This document shows, piece by piece, positions 45,345 through 64,000 of a DNA stretch of 64,000 nucleotides (position 1 is the first letter of the stretch; every line of letters begins with the position of its first letter). The translations under genes were made by a program, and so were the position numbers. The stretch lies in NCBI GenBank assembly GCA_002269645.1, contig NIVC01000010.1, forward strand, positions 186,001 through 250,000. Direction: 5' to 3'. The notes below the pieces were generated by a model. The model made no database searches. It was given only the letters and a program-made list of their open reading frames with translations, and was not told the origin of the DNA. The DNA is from Macrostomum lignano. Its lineage: Eukaryota.

Positions 45345-45730
45345 CGCTTGCAATGTGTCTGCTTGCAATGTGTCTGCTTGCAATGTGTCTGCTTACAATG
45401 TGTCTGCTTGCAATGTCTCTGCTTGCAATGTGTCTGATTGTAATGTGTCTGCTTGTAATGTGTCTGCTTGTAATGTGTCTGCTTGTAATGTGTCTGCTTG
45501 TAATGTGTCTGCTTGTAATGTGTCTGCTTGTAATGTGTCTGCTTGCAATGTGTTTGCTTGTAATGTGTCTGCTTGTAATGTGTCTGCTTGCAATGTGTTT
45601 GCTTGTAATGTGTCTGTTTGTAATGTGTCTGCTTGCAATGTGTCTGCTTGTAATGTGTCTGCTTGTAATGTATCTGCTTGCAATGTGTCTGCATGCAATG
45701 TGTCTACATGCAATGTGTCTGCATGCAATA
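45345..45730. repeat. 15-bp minisatellite (GCTTGTAATGTGTCT)n
   Basis: Read directly; upstream of the PMCA ATG. Confidence 0.94.
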
Positions 45731-46399
45731 AGTCTCCTATTTACAATGCGTGTCGGTTGGCCGTTTCGGAGAAGAAAAGAATGATTTCAGGAAAACGGCG
45801 CAACCCCCTTGCTCGCGGCAGCGCTCACGCAGGCGGAGACAGAGGAATCAAAGACAGGCAGAGGGAAGGGGAGGGCATGCAGGGTATCGCGAGGCTGATA
45901 CACAAGAGAAGCCTCAGCTTGAGCCCGAGGAAGAGAGAGAGAGAGAGAGAGGCAGGGAAGGAGGAGGACAGATCTGCTGGGAAGCCAGAGGAACCCGCCT
46001 CACGGACATGGCGAGCACGAATTTGACCGCGGCCTGTGAGCAGGGGACGGAACTGATGATGGCAATAACTACTATATATACTACTATAGTATAGTCCCTT
46101 TCTGGACTTAAGTGGATCCCTGCATCCGGGGAGGTTTGGGAAGAGCTCCTCACAGTCTTTTCCTGCGTGTGACGGCTGAAACCTTGAGCAGACTGTATCT
46201 GGCCGGATAAATAAAAAATGGCCTACTATAGTCTTCATCTTGATGTCTCTTTATTGCGCAGATAAGCTCGAATTGCTTTGATAGTTATGGCGCTGATCTG
46301 ACATTTGAAGCTTGATATTCTGCGGATTAACCTAATAACCAGGATGCTCTGCTGGGTGGATGCAATTTATTAGTTTCCCATTTCCTTTCTACAGCTAAC

Positions 46400-63786
<17,387 letters not shown>

Positions 63787-64000
63787 GTAGGGTGCTAAAA
63801 GAAATTCGCCGTATCGGCGTATGAGTGGCAGGAGCTGAGGGGGTGGGTAGCAAGAAGCCGCGAGAGACAGAAGGATGGTGCGCACGCCAATAAAAACCAA
63901 AATAGCACAAAATGGGGTGGGGTTAAAGCTGCAGGGTAAGAGAAACGGCGGGGGCTGGGGCAGAGGGAGAGAGAGGATTGGCTGCAGCCACGCTGGACAA

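Overview
Eukaryotic (animal) genomic DNA, not prokaryotic: GC-rich spliced exons sit among introns filled with micro- and minisatellites. This style suggests a free-living flatworm such as Macrostomum, but that is inference only. The window opens inside a ~9.5 kb satellite with a 27-bp invariant core and a short variable linker. I traced five intron-containing genes by hand through GT..AG junctions with consistent phase. (1, 2) A tail-to-tail pair of short (~554 aa) ionotropic glutamate-receptor-like paralogs. They lack the amino-terminal domain, keep the glutamate-binding residues, and have an aromatic residue at the Q/R/N pore site and a remodelled M3 gate. Their first canonical poly(A) hexamers meet in one 15-bp palindrome. 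(3) A type II membrane, catalytically dead cholinesterase-like protein with neurotactin-like architecture. (4) A TEX33-like gene head-to-head with gene 3. (5) A plasma-membrane Ca2+-ATPase (PMCA/ATP2B) that runs off the window end and carries a 1-nt deletion in the invariant PEGL motif. Also present are a 5'-truncated non-LTR retrotransposon fragment, a MITE-like inverted-repeat element and about 30 tandem-repeat tracts. Most long entries in the ORF track are repeat translations or antisense shadows. No tRNA, rRNA or CRISPR array was found.
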